From positions 2,418,001 to 2,482,000 of the forward strand of contig CP075493.1 of the NCBI GenBank assembly GCA_021613535.1: a DNA stretch of 64,000 bases, written 5' to 3'. This DNA comes from Adineta vaga. Taxonomy: Eukaryota; Animalia; Rotifera. Position 1 is the stretch's first letter. The number at the start of each line of letters is the position of its first letter. A program made the translations under genes and the position numbers. Below are positions 41,326 to 54,248 of the stretch, piece by piece. The notes below the pieces were generated by a model. The model was not told where the DNA came from. It saw only the letters and a list, made by a program, of their open reading frames with translations, and did no database searches.

Positions 41326-44300
41326 TCAAACAGATGATGAAGGTAATTGTGATATTTGCATTTCATCTTGATAATTGACACTAGATTCAAGCATCTAAAA
41401 ATACGAGTTAGATATGCCATCAAATAGATCTCATACGAAAGAGAGTTAGGAGGAGTTCTTACCTTATCGATTTCTGCTAGAAGTGTTGTTTTTTGTGTTT
41501 CATGTGATTTAACTAGATTTTCTTTTTCTCGTTCATGTTTCATAATTTGTCTTTTACGTTCTTCGAGAAATTTTTTTGTATTATTCGATTTTAATTCTCG
41601 AACACGACGTTCAAGATCGGCTTTTGTTCGGATATTTTTCTCTGAACCAAGGCGTTTACTATCTTCAATATTTTGTCGTACTTGACTTAATTCCAAATCT
41701 TTCTTTTCTCTAAGAAAAAACAAAACAAAACGAAATGAAAATTTCATTGAATCGATTTTGTTTTCTTACCTTGTATGTCTATCAGTGATATCTTTTATTT
41801 GAGTTTTTTGTGTTTCATCAAGTAAAAGACGTAATACATCACATTGTTCTTTCGTATGTTGTCGTCGTAATATATTCATTTCAGTTAAATGTCGTTGAAC
41901 AAGTGAAGACCATTCAACATTCTGTTCATTAATAAGATCCATTAACTATATTTGAAGAAAAAAATGACGAAAAAAATAGTTTTGATATTGAAAGAAAGAT
42001 AAGTTCATACTTTAGATTCATTCTTAGAATTTCCAAGATTACTAAAATAAGCAAAACAAGAGTTTGATGTAGAAAACAAGTCGATCAAAATTTACTTTAA
42101 GTCTTTTCGTTGATTAGCATTTTGTATCATAGGTGATCGTGCTAATTTTTCGGACTCATTCTTTGCTTTATTCAATATTTTGGATTGTTGTTCACCAAGT
42201 ATACTTTGTTCTTTAGCATGTTTCTTTTTCATCGATATCGAGTCTTTTTCTTGTTTATGTTGTAATTTTGCAAAACTCTTTTGTTCACGTAAATATTCTA
42301 ATGTTATGGGAATAATTATTTCTATGGATGTTTTCGATTTTGTCAATAATGATGAAGCAGAATTACTACTATCATTTGTTGTTATCGTACTAATTGAACT
42401 ACTACTTGCACCAGAGATTGTCAGAGTTAATCTATTGTCTAGGGATGGACTTGGTGCTGATGCTGTATCAGTTAACAGACGATTTCGTCGAAGAGATGAT
42501 GTACTTGATGTCAGACTTATATCGAAATTATTGATTGATGAACTGAATACTTCTTCGGATTTTTTCATAAGTAAAGGTTTATTCAATTGATCAACAAATT
42601 CGGTTAAACCATCAGGTACATATGATTTAAGAATAATTTCACAAAATATAGTTGGTAAAGATAAAGGAAAATTTCCTTCTGTTCGTAATGATATATGTCG
42701 ATAGCCTGCTTGTAAACCATCTAATGGTAAAACCCGTTGTCCAATTAATTTACCTGTTTCTTCATAAACAGCAATACGTAAAATAGCTAAATCAGGAAGA
42801 ACAATCTAAAGAAAAATCAATACTTATTTTCCACAAAAAACAACCACATTACAATATCTTTTTACTTTTCGAAATTCAAAAACACTTTCATCATATCTTG
42901 GATTTAGTCCATTTGCTGGTATTGTTTTCGTACGATATTCTTTTCTTATTGTATCAGCTGGTAATCCATACATATCAACTTCAACATAGGTACCAATTTT
43001 TTTATCAGATAAAAATTGACCTGATATAACACGAACACTACAAAATGCAGCTATGACACCATCGACAGGACTTTCAGCATAGGGATCAAATGTACGATCA
43101 GGTCGTCGCATAAAATCAGGTTTTAACAAATAACTAAAACATATATCAACATTATTAATTCCTTTCAATCATTGTATATTATCGGTATCTATCGCCATCT
43201 TTCTCATAATTAATAGAATAAATATGTCAATTGTATAATAAAATTGATCAATCATTTTTCTTTCATTAGATTTTTTAAAGCATTCTGATTACTTATCACA
43301 AATTTCATTTCCTATGCAAATCAAAACAATTCTGTTAGATTTTCTTTTTTTTTCCTACTTCAGTCAAGTATTAATCAAAGGAGAGAAGAAAAAAAATCAT
43401 TATCTTGATCAGATATCTTTCGAACGAATAATGTTCGACACATTCTAGTCTATTTTTACAAAATCAAGGAATATTTACTAAAAATTCAATAGATATTGAT
43501 CTTATTAGAAACGTTTTCGCATGTTATTATTATTATATTTCTATATATAAACCGATAAAAAAAGACGATGACATGTCATTAGAATAAGTTAAATATACTT
43601 GATTGAGTTAACATGCAAGGTATTCATGCGATTAACTCTGATATATGATCATTAAATCTAATGAATAGAGAAAGACAACGAAATCTATTGAACTTTTAAT
43701 CTATATTTATGTCTTGGTAAAATGAAATAGTTTTTTTTAGACGTAATAAGAAATGATTTCCCTGATGTTTATGATAAACTAGTTTTCAATTAAGTAAATG
43801 ATCTATTCAAATATTTAAAGCTTTTTTTTTCTTGTTCTTTTATAGCAAACAATTTCCTGTCGAATAAATAGAGAACACTCATCGGAATTAATCTATCTTA
43901 TTTCTTTGCTTTCTATTAAGAATTCTTCTAGTCTTTGATGACAGTTCTTACACAATATTAGACAAGAGAAAGAGAAATGCAATCAACAAGAGATTCTCGT
44001 AATGCCGCTAGCTGTATATGTATGTGTGTGTGTTTTTTGTCTCTTGACAAAGAAATGAGACAGATAGATTAGTAGTTGTCGTCGTCTTTCTTTTTTCTTA
44101 TTAATATGCTAACATATAAACTGTAAATAGAAGCAAGAAAATGTCGAAGATGTCCTTCGCAAAAAGGATCCTCTTCTGTAGATATTCAATATGTAAAAAA
44201 ATACACACACAAACAAATTCATTTCAGTTGACTTACCCACAATTGCCATTGTATTCAAATTTGCCTAAATTTAATTGCATGGGAAGATCAGGTGTTTGAA

Positions 44301-46691
44301 AATTCAATGAAACCATTTGACAACCGGCATTCCAAAAGATTTGTGGCATATAATTTGATGAATCGACACGTCCACCTTTCGGATAGATACGTGATAATTG
44401 TCGCTTATTATAATTCACGAATTCAATTGGATTTTGTTTCAAATGTTGTAGAGCAACATTTTCCGAAAATGATGACATATGATAATGAATATTACGTTCT
44501 TCCGCTTTTGAAAAACCAGGAAATTTTATCGGTTGAGTATAATTAACACGTGATGATAAAAGTGGATGAATATTTGTTGTTGCACCTTTGTATTGGTAAC
44601 CATTCATTAAAGCTTCTTCTTCTTCACGAGATAAAACGGATGAACTTTTTAATTTAAAACCTAATTGACCAAGTAAAGTACGACGATTAGCATCATCATT
44701 TATATCAACATTTAATTCGGGATGAGCTTCATCATCATCATCACGTAATTTCATACTATCAATAAATGCAGGTGGTCCATCTTCACCCTCGACGTTAGCT
44801 GCAGAGTCTAAGTCATTATCGTTATTTCCTTCCGTATCGATACCTTTGAGAAAGAGATCAAGTTGTTCTAGAAACAAAACAAAATAGAAATAAAAATAAA
44901 ATAAAAACAAAAAACCTCAAGAACACATACTCTTTTCAACTTCAGGTTTTAGTCGTTTATTTTTTAGAAGAATTTTTCGTTTTAATGCATTCGGTGAAGG
45001 TAAAGGCACGCCAGGTTCTAACTGCAAGTCAAAGAGAGAGAAAAAAATTGTTTATTAAACCACAGAAAACAGAAACGTCTTACTGGATGTGATTCTAATG
45101 CTTTTGTCAATAGATAATCTCCGAGTATTTCTTCACAATATTTTGCTAATTTAAATTGTTGTGCTTTGGAACAATGATTTTCAAATGAAAGTATAAGCGG
45201 ATAATCACTTGTAACAAAAGCTGTATCTCGTATTGCATGAATAACTTCTTTAAAATTGATATCTGAACACATCGCTTTTCCATGTGTAATTATTGGTTCT
45301 GTATCATTCTTTCCATCCCAACAATCTAATTCAATACAACGACAACCAGCTAATAAAACTTGTCGATACATTTCAACGGATGATCGACCACCGAATTGTC
45401 TTCCTTGTAAATATGTATTATGTGATGAATTAATTAAATAATGACATAAAGGTTGATCCATATCATGATAAACTTCTAATCGATCAAGAAAAACAGGTGC
45501 ATTTTCATCGGACATTAAATATCGGGTTAATCCATCACATGATAAATGTCCACGATCTCGATAATTAGCACGTAGTTCATATCGATCAATAATTCTTAAT
45601 GCACTGTTCGTATCAAAAAATGGAAATAAGATTTCATTTAAACGTGGATCACGTTGAGTTTCATTGAGCCAATCAACAAATTGTTTTGTTGTAATATAAT
45701 CTTTACCACCAGATAATTGATCAAATAAAGCAGCAATATCAGTACGCGGACAAATCTTATGATAGAGATCAGAAAATTTTTCGAAAGTAAAATCCACCGG
45801 ATCAATTTCTTCATTCTAAACAGTTGTATATACATGTATTCAATAATGACTTCGAAAGATATGGATGTTTCACTTACTTTTCCACTTGGTAAACCAAGTT
45901 CTTTCAAAATTTCAAAAATACGTTTTTCCGTTCTACCCGATGCAAATGTTTTACTAATACTAAACAAAAAAACTCATCGAACGTTTGTAAACTCACAAGC
46001 ATTTCATTGTTTTTTCTTTACCTTCGTACAGGAATTTTTTTGTTTACATTTAACATAAATGATAATTTCATCCAACTAAACATAAATAAAAACTACTAAA
46101 AACAAAATTTTACAAAAACAAATCAATTACTGTTTTCGTAGGATAGTCGTTGGGCATATATTATTGGCTTTGTGATTATGTGTTATCTTTCTTAAACCTT
46201 CGATCCATCCCTAAAATGAATTATTTTTAATTAGAAAAATGATTTTGATCAATATAATTTCATACTTTTGCAGTTGCTGGATCGGCGCCTGTTATATTAG
46301 TATGACTTATTTGTACGAAATCAATTCCACTACAGATTGTTACTGTTCGTTCATCGATATTTCCACGACCATAAACTAATGAATTAGCCATAAGATCAGC
46401 ACCGATTTTCGGATCCGATGGAGCTAAAAATTATCTCAATGAAAATGTTCACATATATAAGAAAAATGAATTACCTTTGCCAGGTCGTATATCACTAACT
46501 TGTGATAATTCAATAACTTGTCCATCGCGTCCTTCACTTTGCCAATAGATAAAAAATCCATAACTATCGACACGAAATAGACAATTTTGTTCTAATGAAC
46601 TATTTTCTTCATCCCAACGATCGAAATAATCGCCTTTGAATAGACGAATTGGTACTTCAATTTGCCAATCGAAATTATATGCTTTCGACAT
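41326..46691 (-). CDS. PLCB4: Phosphoinositide phospholipase C beta (PLCB4/NorpA type), multi-exon
   Basis: N-terminus [18 protein letters not shown]; X box [28 protein letters not shown]; Y box [30 protein letters not shown]; C2 domain; coiled-coil CTD; ends ..PSSSV*. Confidence 0.93.
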
Positions 46692-48521
46692 TAATTAGAT
46701 AGTCTTTTAATATGTTTAGATCATCGATTAGTTGCCAATAATAATAATGGATAAATGCCATCAATCATCCTCGTTAACAAATCTGAAAACAAATCAAACC
46801 AGATTCTTAAAAGATAAACAAAAGGAAAACGATAATCGTTCTATGATTCATATTATTAATTTTCAATAGAGACATGCAGACTATCAACGAGTCTTAAGAC
46901 AGACAGACTCGACTCGGCTCGACTTGCGTTCTGCTGTTGTTGATGTTATTTGACGTATTTCTTCAGTTGGTTGCTTCTACCACCATAATTGTTTGTTATT
47001 GGATCAACTAAGAACTGATATATAGTGTCATCTATCATTGAAGAAGAAGAAGAAGAAATGAACGTGTCCATAGAAAGAAAGGGAGAAAAGCTTTCATTGA
47101 AGTTAAAAAAAGATCTATATACTCTAGAAACAAAAGTCATTGAAAACTAAAGAGTCATGAAGAATTACAAATGCAACAAATTCTTTTTAAACATATAAAA
47201 AACGACATGATATTTCATTACCATACAAATTACATTAAAAGGTTTCAAGACATTTAACTGATCAATTTATATTCTTTTTAAAAAAAAATAATGTTCCTTG
47301 TTTCTATAGGAATAACTAAGACGAGATGTATTTGTTTTTCTTCTCAAATCAAAGATATTATTAATCAAGACATAAGGTTATATAACATTACATTGAACAT
47401 TGTCATAATAATTAAGGAAATTTATTTTGTACTTTTAGCTCCTGTAAATCGCCCTTCCCTAGCAGTCACTGTAACATCTGTCGAATGTTAGATGATTGTT
47501 GTTCATTAAGAAAACTATCATTGATCAATGTTCGTGACTTGTCAAACAAAGAAAAGAATGTCGTGAACGGAATCATTTTCTTTTTCTTTTCAAGATTTCC
47601 ATTATACAATCATTTTTCTTCGTTAATAATCTCTTTTCTAAGCTATTTATTTCTGGTTTCACGATATCTATTCAAGTTTCATAAAATATTTATATTAAAA
47701 GTTTAAAATAGTCAAGTTAGTAACGCATCGTTAAAAAGAACCTAACACATGGAAAGAAAAAAAATCAGATGAACTCAGAGAAGAACTTCAAAAAATGCTT
47801 CTAAAAAAAGCTATTATTAGAGCAAAAAGAAAAGGTGGGTTTATCGTGACGATCTTCGTACAAAAATTTACTTAGAGCTATATATTATGGCTCAATTCTC
47901 TTAATATTAATGAGAGTTAATCAAGTAAAAACTAAAAAGAACATTTAGCTAATATTTACATTGTTGGAAATGATTGTCGAAGAAACTAACTACTATTATC
48001 AAATATCTATATTGGTTTCGTTCCTTAAATAGTTTTATTTGACCTTCGTGAGGAAAAAGTACTTTTAAGAAAGAAAATGGAGATGCGTGTGCTCTTTACT
48101 GATGAGTTTCTTTTTATAAACAAGCATCATCTCGGTGTCTGATATCAACACACATATCAAAGCAAGTGAATAAGCGAGAAAATTTCAAAATTACGTATCA
48201 TCTATATTTTGAAAATCAGAATCGAACAGCATTAGTATTGATGAAACGTTGATTTTATGATTTAGAATTCTTCTTTCTACATGATAAGAAAATCTATACG
48301 TTTTATAACTAGATATTTATTATTAAAAAGTAAAAAAAGGAAACAATCTTATTCAAATCAATCTGAAATGCGTTTAACAAATTTTCCTTATATAAAATGA
48401 AATCTATTTCTCTATTTTATTGCTTTTCACAATAAAATAACTAAACATTTCCATACTACGTTAACTAATACAAACGCATCACATGTGAAGAAGGAAAAGA
48501 GGAAAAACAATGAGGTCATTT

Positions 48522-48863
48522 TTAAAAACGAATAATTCCCATAAACGCACCAATAATCAAAGGTATTATGAAATAACAATAATTCTGATGAGCACTATTG
48601 TATACCAGTTTTTCTGTTTGTCGTCCTTCTTTCACGAATCTTACTGGAATTTCAATTGATATATGACTGCTGGTACTTGGTTGAATTGTATGATCGATTG
48701 GATTCTCTCCTGTAGATGCATGAAAATGATTATGATCTACTGCGTTATCAATTGTATCACTTTTAATATGAATATTATCTATTGGTAATTGATGGTCTGT
48801 AACAGATTGTGTTTGACAAAGATAGATAACGAGAAACAAACTGATCAAAGAGAGCCAATGCAT
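48522..48863 (-). CDS. Small orphan protein with signal peptide and hydrophobic C-terminus (GPI-anchor-like)
   Basis: MHWLSLISLFLVIYLCQTQS signal-like start; His/Asp-rich core; ..YNSA..FIIPLIIGAFMGIIRF* terminus. Confidence 0.55.
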   Translation of the reverse strand: MHWLSLISLFLVIYLCQTQSVTDHQLPIDNIHIKSDTIDNAVDHNHFHASTGENPIDHTIQPSTSSHISIEIPVRFVKEGRQTEKLVYNSAHQNYCYFIIPLIIGAFMGIIRF

Positions 48864-50504
48864 TATTATAAAAAATTTCAAATTGAATATATAATCGAAG
48901 AGAAAAAGACTGATTGAATGAATGAATTAAAATTTCGTTCGTTTGCTTCTTTTTAAAGTATCTGAACAATAGACGACAGAAGAGAGAGAGAGAGAGATCA
49001 ACAAAAGTGACCTCCACTATTGTTTTTTTTTCTTTTCCTGGATAAAGAACCATAGTTACTAACAATATATACTTATAAAAATGAAAGAAAGAACATGTCT
49101 ATGTATATCCAATAGTTCATTAATGTGCAACTTACAACTAGCTGGCAGAACCATTATGAATGAAAGAATAATAATTATGTATGAAGTGTACAGAATAAAC
49201 GTAGGAAGCTGTAACAATTACTTGCCAACATAACTATTGAATAGGATAGGCAAATAAATGTGACGGTTAAATAAATACAGGTACGAAATTCTCGTAGAAT
49301 GAAAAAAAACTTCTTTTGTTATTATATAATTCTATTCAATATGAAGTGTTTAATGCTTTCGCTCTTTTTTTGTATAAAAAAAGTCTCACAGAATTCAATT
49401 GAACCTTTGTCAAGACTGTCAACAAAATTACAGATATAGCAAATGAAAAAGATTAAGAAACGGATCTCATCAGAATCAATCGAATTCTTTGCAGACACAT
49501 CAATTCCATTGATCTTTACAAAAGTAACTTCTTTTCATAGAGATCGAATGTATTTCATCTGTGGAATGCAATGAAAACTTGTCTCCAGGTTTCATAATAC
49601 GATTCACTGTGATTAAGATGGATACACAACAAGTTTTTTTTATAAATTAAATTAACTCAATTGTTGCAAATCACGTAGCATAAAGCTTCATCCTAATAAT
49701 ATGCTTTCTAAAAGAGAAAGTCAGCAGTTTTCGATCATCTTCAAATTTATAATTATCACTTCAATGAACGATGCATTCAAGTAGTCACGTAAAACAAATA
49801 GGTGTTCCTAGAACTGAAGAATATCGTATTTAGTGAAGTCTGATGACTGCAGCGTGATATTAATCTGATTGTTATGAACCACGCAATGCATCATTTTGTT
49901 GTTGATTATAATGGTTGTTTGTTTCTAGATTTTGAGTATCTAGACGATGTCGGAATGGATAATATTGGTTTTTCTCTATTTGTTTTTTGAAATCATTGAA
50001 ATAAATCAATCTAAAGAAAATATCACATCTGATTTTTAGCCAAGTTAATAATGGCGAACAATAGTTATATCATTATGTTATTTACATTACTGAGCCAATC
50101 CAGATAATCAGATATCGATCAATACGAGTTCTCGGACATTGAATTTTCTTAGAAATTTATATAGAGAAAGAACAGACACATCAAATGCGTTCTTTTTCAT
50201 TATCTAATTTCTTATCATAAATCACATATAGATTTCAAAAGAAGAAATTTTCAAGATACTGGTTTGAGATATCTTCTAGAATTTTTTTTTGCAATATATT
50301 GAAACAACACATAACACATATACGTTGATCAACAAAACAGGAACAAAGAAAAATAACAAAGTGAAACATGCACAATAGCTGAACTAAAGATAATAATGAA
50401 AAAATGCCATAAGAAAAGAAGACGAAAAAAAAACAGAAACTATTCATAAGCTATCATTGATTCAAGCTTATGATTTCACAAAACGAAATAGTTCGCTTTT
50501 TGAT

Positions 50505-51161
50505 TTAAGTGATGACGGTAAATGAATGTCCCTAGAATAGAAATCGAAAATATAAAATAGTAACTTCAATCGCTTGACTTACCATCCAATGAGCGACAAG
50601 CATAGCAGCAAGAAAACTCAAAAATTGGGCGATGGCCATAAGAGTAAATGAATAACCGGTAGCATGTGCAGCACCAATAGCAGCATAAAGTGATCCAGCA
50701 ATAAGAATACCACTTGAAAAAAGTAATATAACTGAAACAATACCGCAAAGGCGAGCTAAATTATTAGTTGCATCGGATTTATTTCTTGTTAAACCAGTAA
50801 AAGTAGCTAAAACTGTTGCAACAGCCATAGCAATCAAAGCCTTGAATACAAAATTAAAAATATAAGATTATCTTATAACATGAATTCCCATTTCTTACTG
50901 TAATAGCCATGCCAGCTGCTCGTCCACCATCGACTCGCTCACATCCGTCTTTTGTACAATCTTGCCAGAGACCTAATTGTTGGAACAAAATTGAGAGTCG
51001 TATTATTATCCACTATAGACATTGAATTTTAATTTGTATCTACCTTTATGTTTATCTTGGTTTGAAAACCAATAGGTAGTTGATACGGCAATTATTGCTA
51101 ATACAATGGCAGCAACTGTAACAACTGCACCAATAAATGGAAAGACTCGAAGAGCAGTCAT
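50505..51161 (-). CDS. Claudin/PMP22-like tetraspan membrane protein, 4 exons
   Basis: TM1 followed by STTYW..G/LWQDC...C (W-GLW-C-C signature), three further TM helices, GYSF motif before TM4. Confidence 0.8.
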
Positions 51162-51293
51162 GATTTTATTAATTGTTGTAGTGGATGTAGATGAAAATGG
51201 ATGAATGAATCTAGAATAGAAGATGACCGACTCTCAAGGATGATACACGAAAAATGGTTCCATCCTTGCTCTTCCCTTCCCTTCATATAAGAT

Positions 51294-51340
51294 AGAGAGA
51301 AAGAGAGAGAGAGAAAGAGAGAGAAAGAGAAGAAGAGAAA
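51294..51340. repeat. (GA)n-rich microsatellite upstream of the claudin-like gene
   Basis: agagagaaagagagagagagaaagagagagaaagagaagaagagaaaa. Confidence 0.6.
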
Positions 51341-52234
51341 AATATGAATCGTTCCATTTGGATCAACTTATTTTAAAACGTGCAATGAAAGAAACAACAC
51401 TTGTACGCCAATTACATACAAGAGGAAAAAAATAGATATACTCGTTGTCTCTCCTTTGCTCTCATATTGGACAAAGATACAAAATAATACCATATGTGGA
51501 TAGAAAGAAAGAAAGATACCAATGTATTCGCTATCGAAATGAATGCAACCGATATTTGTTTCTGTGCATTCTCTTGAAAGTGGAATATATATCTGTACAT
51601 TCTTTCTCTCTCCCCCTCTCTCCCTCTTTCGATGTTAACATTAATATCTCGTACGTGACAAGATACTAAACAAAATGGTTCGATGGTATGTGCAGTACAA
51701 AAAAAAACATACATTTTTCTCAGTGCGAAAAACAGACTCGATGTATTCGTTTCAGATAGTTCATTAAAAGCTAGAAAAGAGTAACAATTTAAACAAAAAA
51801 ATAACAGAAAAATAGATGATTTACAACCTATGAATACATGTATTGATTATATGAGAAACAAAACACCATCTAACTTATCTTCTCAAATTTTGTAGTTATA
51901 TTTCGTCTTTTGTGTAGAGTAGAGTACTAATTTAATCGCATTTCACTATGAAAGATGAAACTCTCTATAATCGATATTCTCTGATTGTTTTTATCTTCTG
52001 TTTTTAATGCATCATCGTTTCATAGGCCTATCAACATGTTGTCGAATTAAGTAACACTCTCGCACATAACTATAGTAGAAACTTTGATATAAGACTAATT
52101 TATGGATTGTTATTTACTGCTCTTCTTTTTACTTATAATATCTTTTGAATCAATTGTTGATGAATATATCTGCAGTTGGATTATAATTTATTTAATCCAT
52201 TCAAACAAATAACAAAACAAAACAAAAAAACAAT

Positions 52235-53789
52235 CTATTCATCATCATCATTATCATCGCCTTCATCATCTGCATTATCATCAGATGATTCATCCATATC
52301 CTTCTTATTTTGTTCTGCAGATGTTTCTTGTGTTTTCTCTTTCTTCTCTTGTTTTCGTTTGACATTTGCTTCTTGTTCACGTTTACGTTGTTCTTTCAAA
52401 CGTTTCTTTTCTATTGTACGTTGACGTAATTCGGCTACTTCTTCAGGTGTTTTCGATACATGTGTATGATAAAGAACTTCACCATCACATAATCCATCTT
52501 CAATTTTAACTAATTCAAGTGTCATTCGTGGACCAATTTCAGTTAAACGAATAGCACTTTGATTGGATTTTAAATTACCACGACTACGTAATTGTTGAGA
52601 AAGAATAATTTCATTTTCATCATTATTACCCGTACTTTCATCTTCACTTTCCGATGCATTTCCTTCCCTAATACGAACAAAAATTCACTAGAAACTTTGA
52701 AAATTTAATCAATCATAATATACCTGTACATAAAATCACTAATATCATTAAATCGTGATAAATCAGGAACTTTGCCTTGTAATAATTTCTTTGCTGCTCG
52801 ACTAATACCACTTGGTGCAATTTTGATATTACTGAAAAGATAACATAATTACTTTTATATTCATCTATTCTCAACATAAATCATGTGCAGATGAACAATC
52901 TTGAAACTTACTAATGTCGAAATTCGATAAGACCATTAACAGGATCACGAGAAAGTAATACACATCGTTTGATAGTACTTAGATCAACCTAATAAATAGA
53001 GATTAAGATATCTGTGAAAGAAGATCAAAACGAGAACATACATTTGTGACATTAATCGATGGAAACATATTTTGAAACATAGTTGCAATGAGTTTAATGT
53101 GTATTGCATCATCTTGAAATCCATTCATAACAAGTAATGGTGCATGTTCGAATTGTTTTGGAAATGTTTGAGGACGTTTCAATGCTGAAACAATATCTCG
53201 ACTATGTGTAAAACGACGAATACGAAAATTTAATGTTGGACCACGTGGTACACGTATTAAACGTAGATAAGTTGATAATTGAGTTTTGGAAAAAGTCATT
53301 AAATGTGTTACATGAAAATGATTCGATATTGCAATAAAATCTTTTAGTGCATTCTTTCGACTGACCTAAAAAAAACAAGATTCGTCATAAACTAAAGAAT
53401 TTGACTGGTCAATTCATATGCGTATCTTTTAGATTTAAATAGAAATCTTAATCAGACAATTTAAATCACATTCTTGAAAAAAAACTTACTTTTAGATTCG
53501 GTGCTGTGAATGGTTCCATAACTCGACGTGTATCTCTAATCAATTCTTTGACATTATTACCAACTGTAAGAAAAGAATTTCATAGAATAGTTTTATAATA
53601 CTTCTTCGACTTACCAGATATGCCTCGTTTAAAAACTAGTACATGCGGTGCTCGTTTGACTTCATCAGTTTCAAAATTTGGTGGTAATTTTCGGCGTGCA
53701 TTTCGTGCGGCTCGACCCTTGAAAATTAAGATTTGTTGAATCTATAAAATCTATTCTATTCAATAACTTACTCGTTGTTTTCGACCCAT
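52235..53789 (-). CDS. PPAN: Peter Pan / Ssf1 Brix-domain ribosome biogenesis factor
   Basis: MGRK..; APH..VFKRG; RVMEPFTA.NL; RVPRGPTLNF; MFQNMFPSINV; IEFRH; AIRLTEIGPRMTLELVKIEDG. Confidence 0.92.
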
Positions 53790-54248
53790 TGTTTTCTTCT
53801 GGATAGTTTAATCTAAAGACGAAATATGGATTGATTTGATATATTTTCTTATGTCTACAAGTCAATATTTTCCCCTGCGTTTTTTTATTTCTCCTATCAA
53901 ACAAAAGAAAAAAACCTCTCATATGCACAGATAGTTTCTAAAAACTTGGACAAAATATCAAATCAATGCTTAATGTTTTCGTTTTTTTCTTGTTTTGGAT
54001 TTATGTCAAAGAGAAAAAAAGAAAATGGAAGAGAAAGAAAGAAAAGGAAAACACGGAGAGCCATATCTATCATGGCTGTTCTTTAGAAAAAAGAAATGAA
54101 AAAAAAAGAAGCGAAATTTTTTGTTTTTTTATCAACAACAGCACACAAATACAAACACTTAAAAAATAAATCACACACCGGAGTTTTACAAAAGAAAACA
54201 GAACATCAATCAATGTCAACAAATCTTCATGTTAGGTGATCATTGACT

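Noticed and set aside
40585-41326. PLC > SFT2 as an operon (acceptor directly before the SFT2 ATG)
   Set aside because: A good cis donor (gaa|gtgaga ~40640) gives a normal ~55 bp 5'UTR intron, and the gap is 740 bp.
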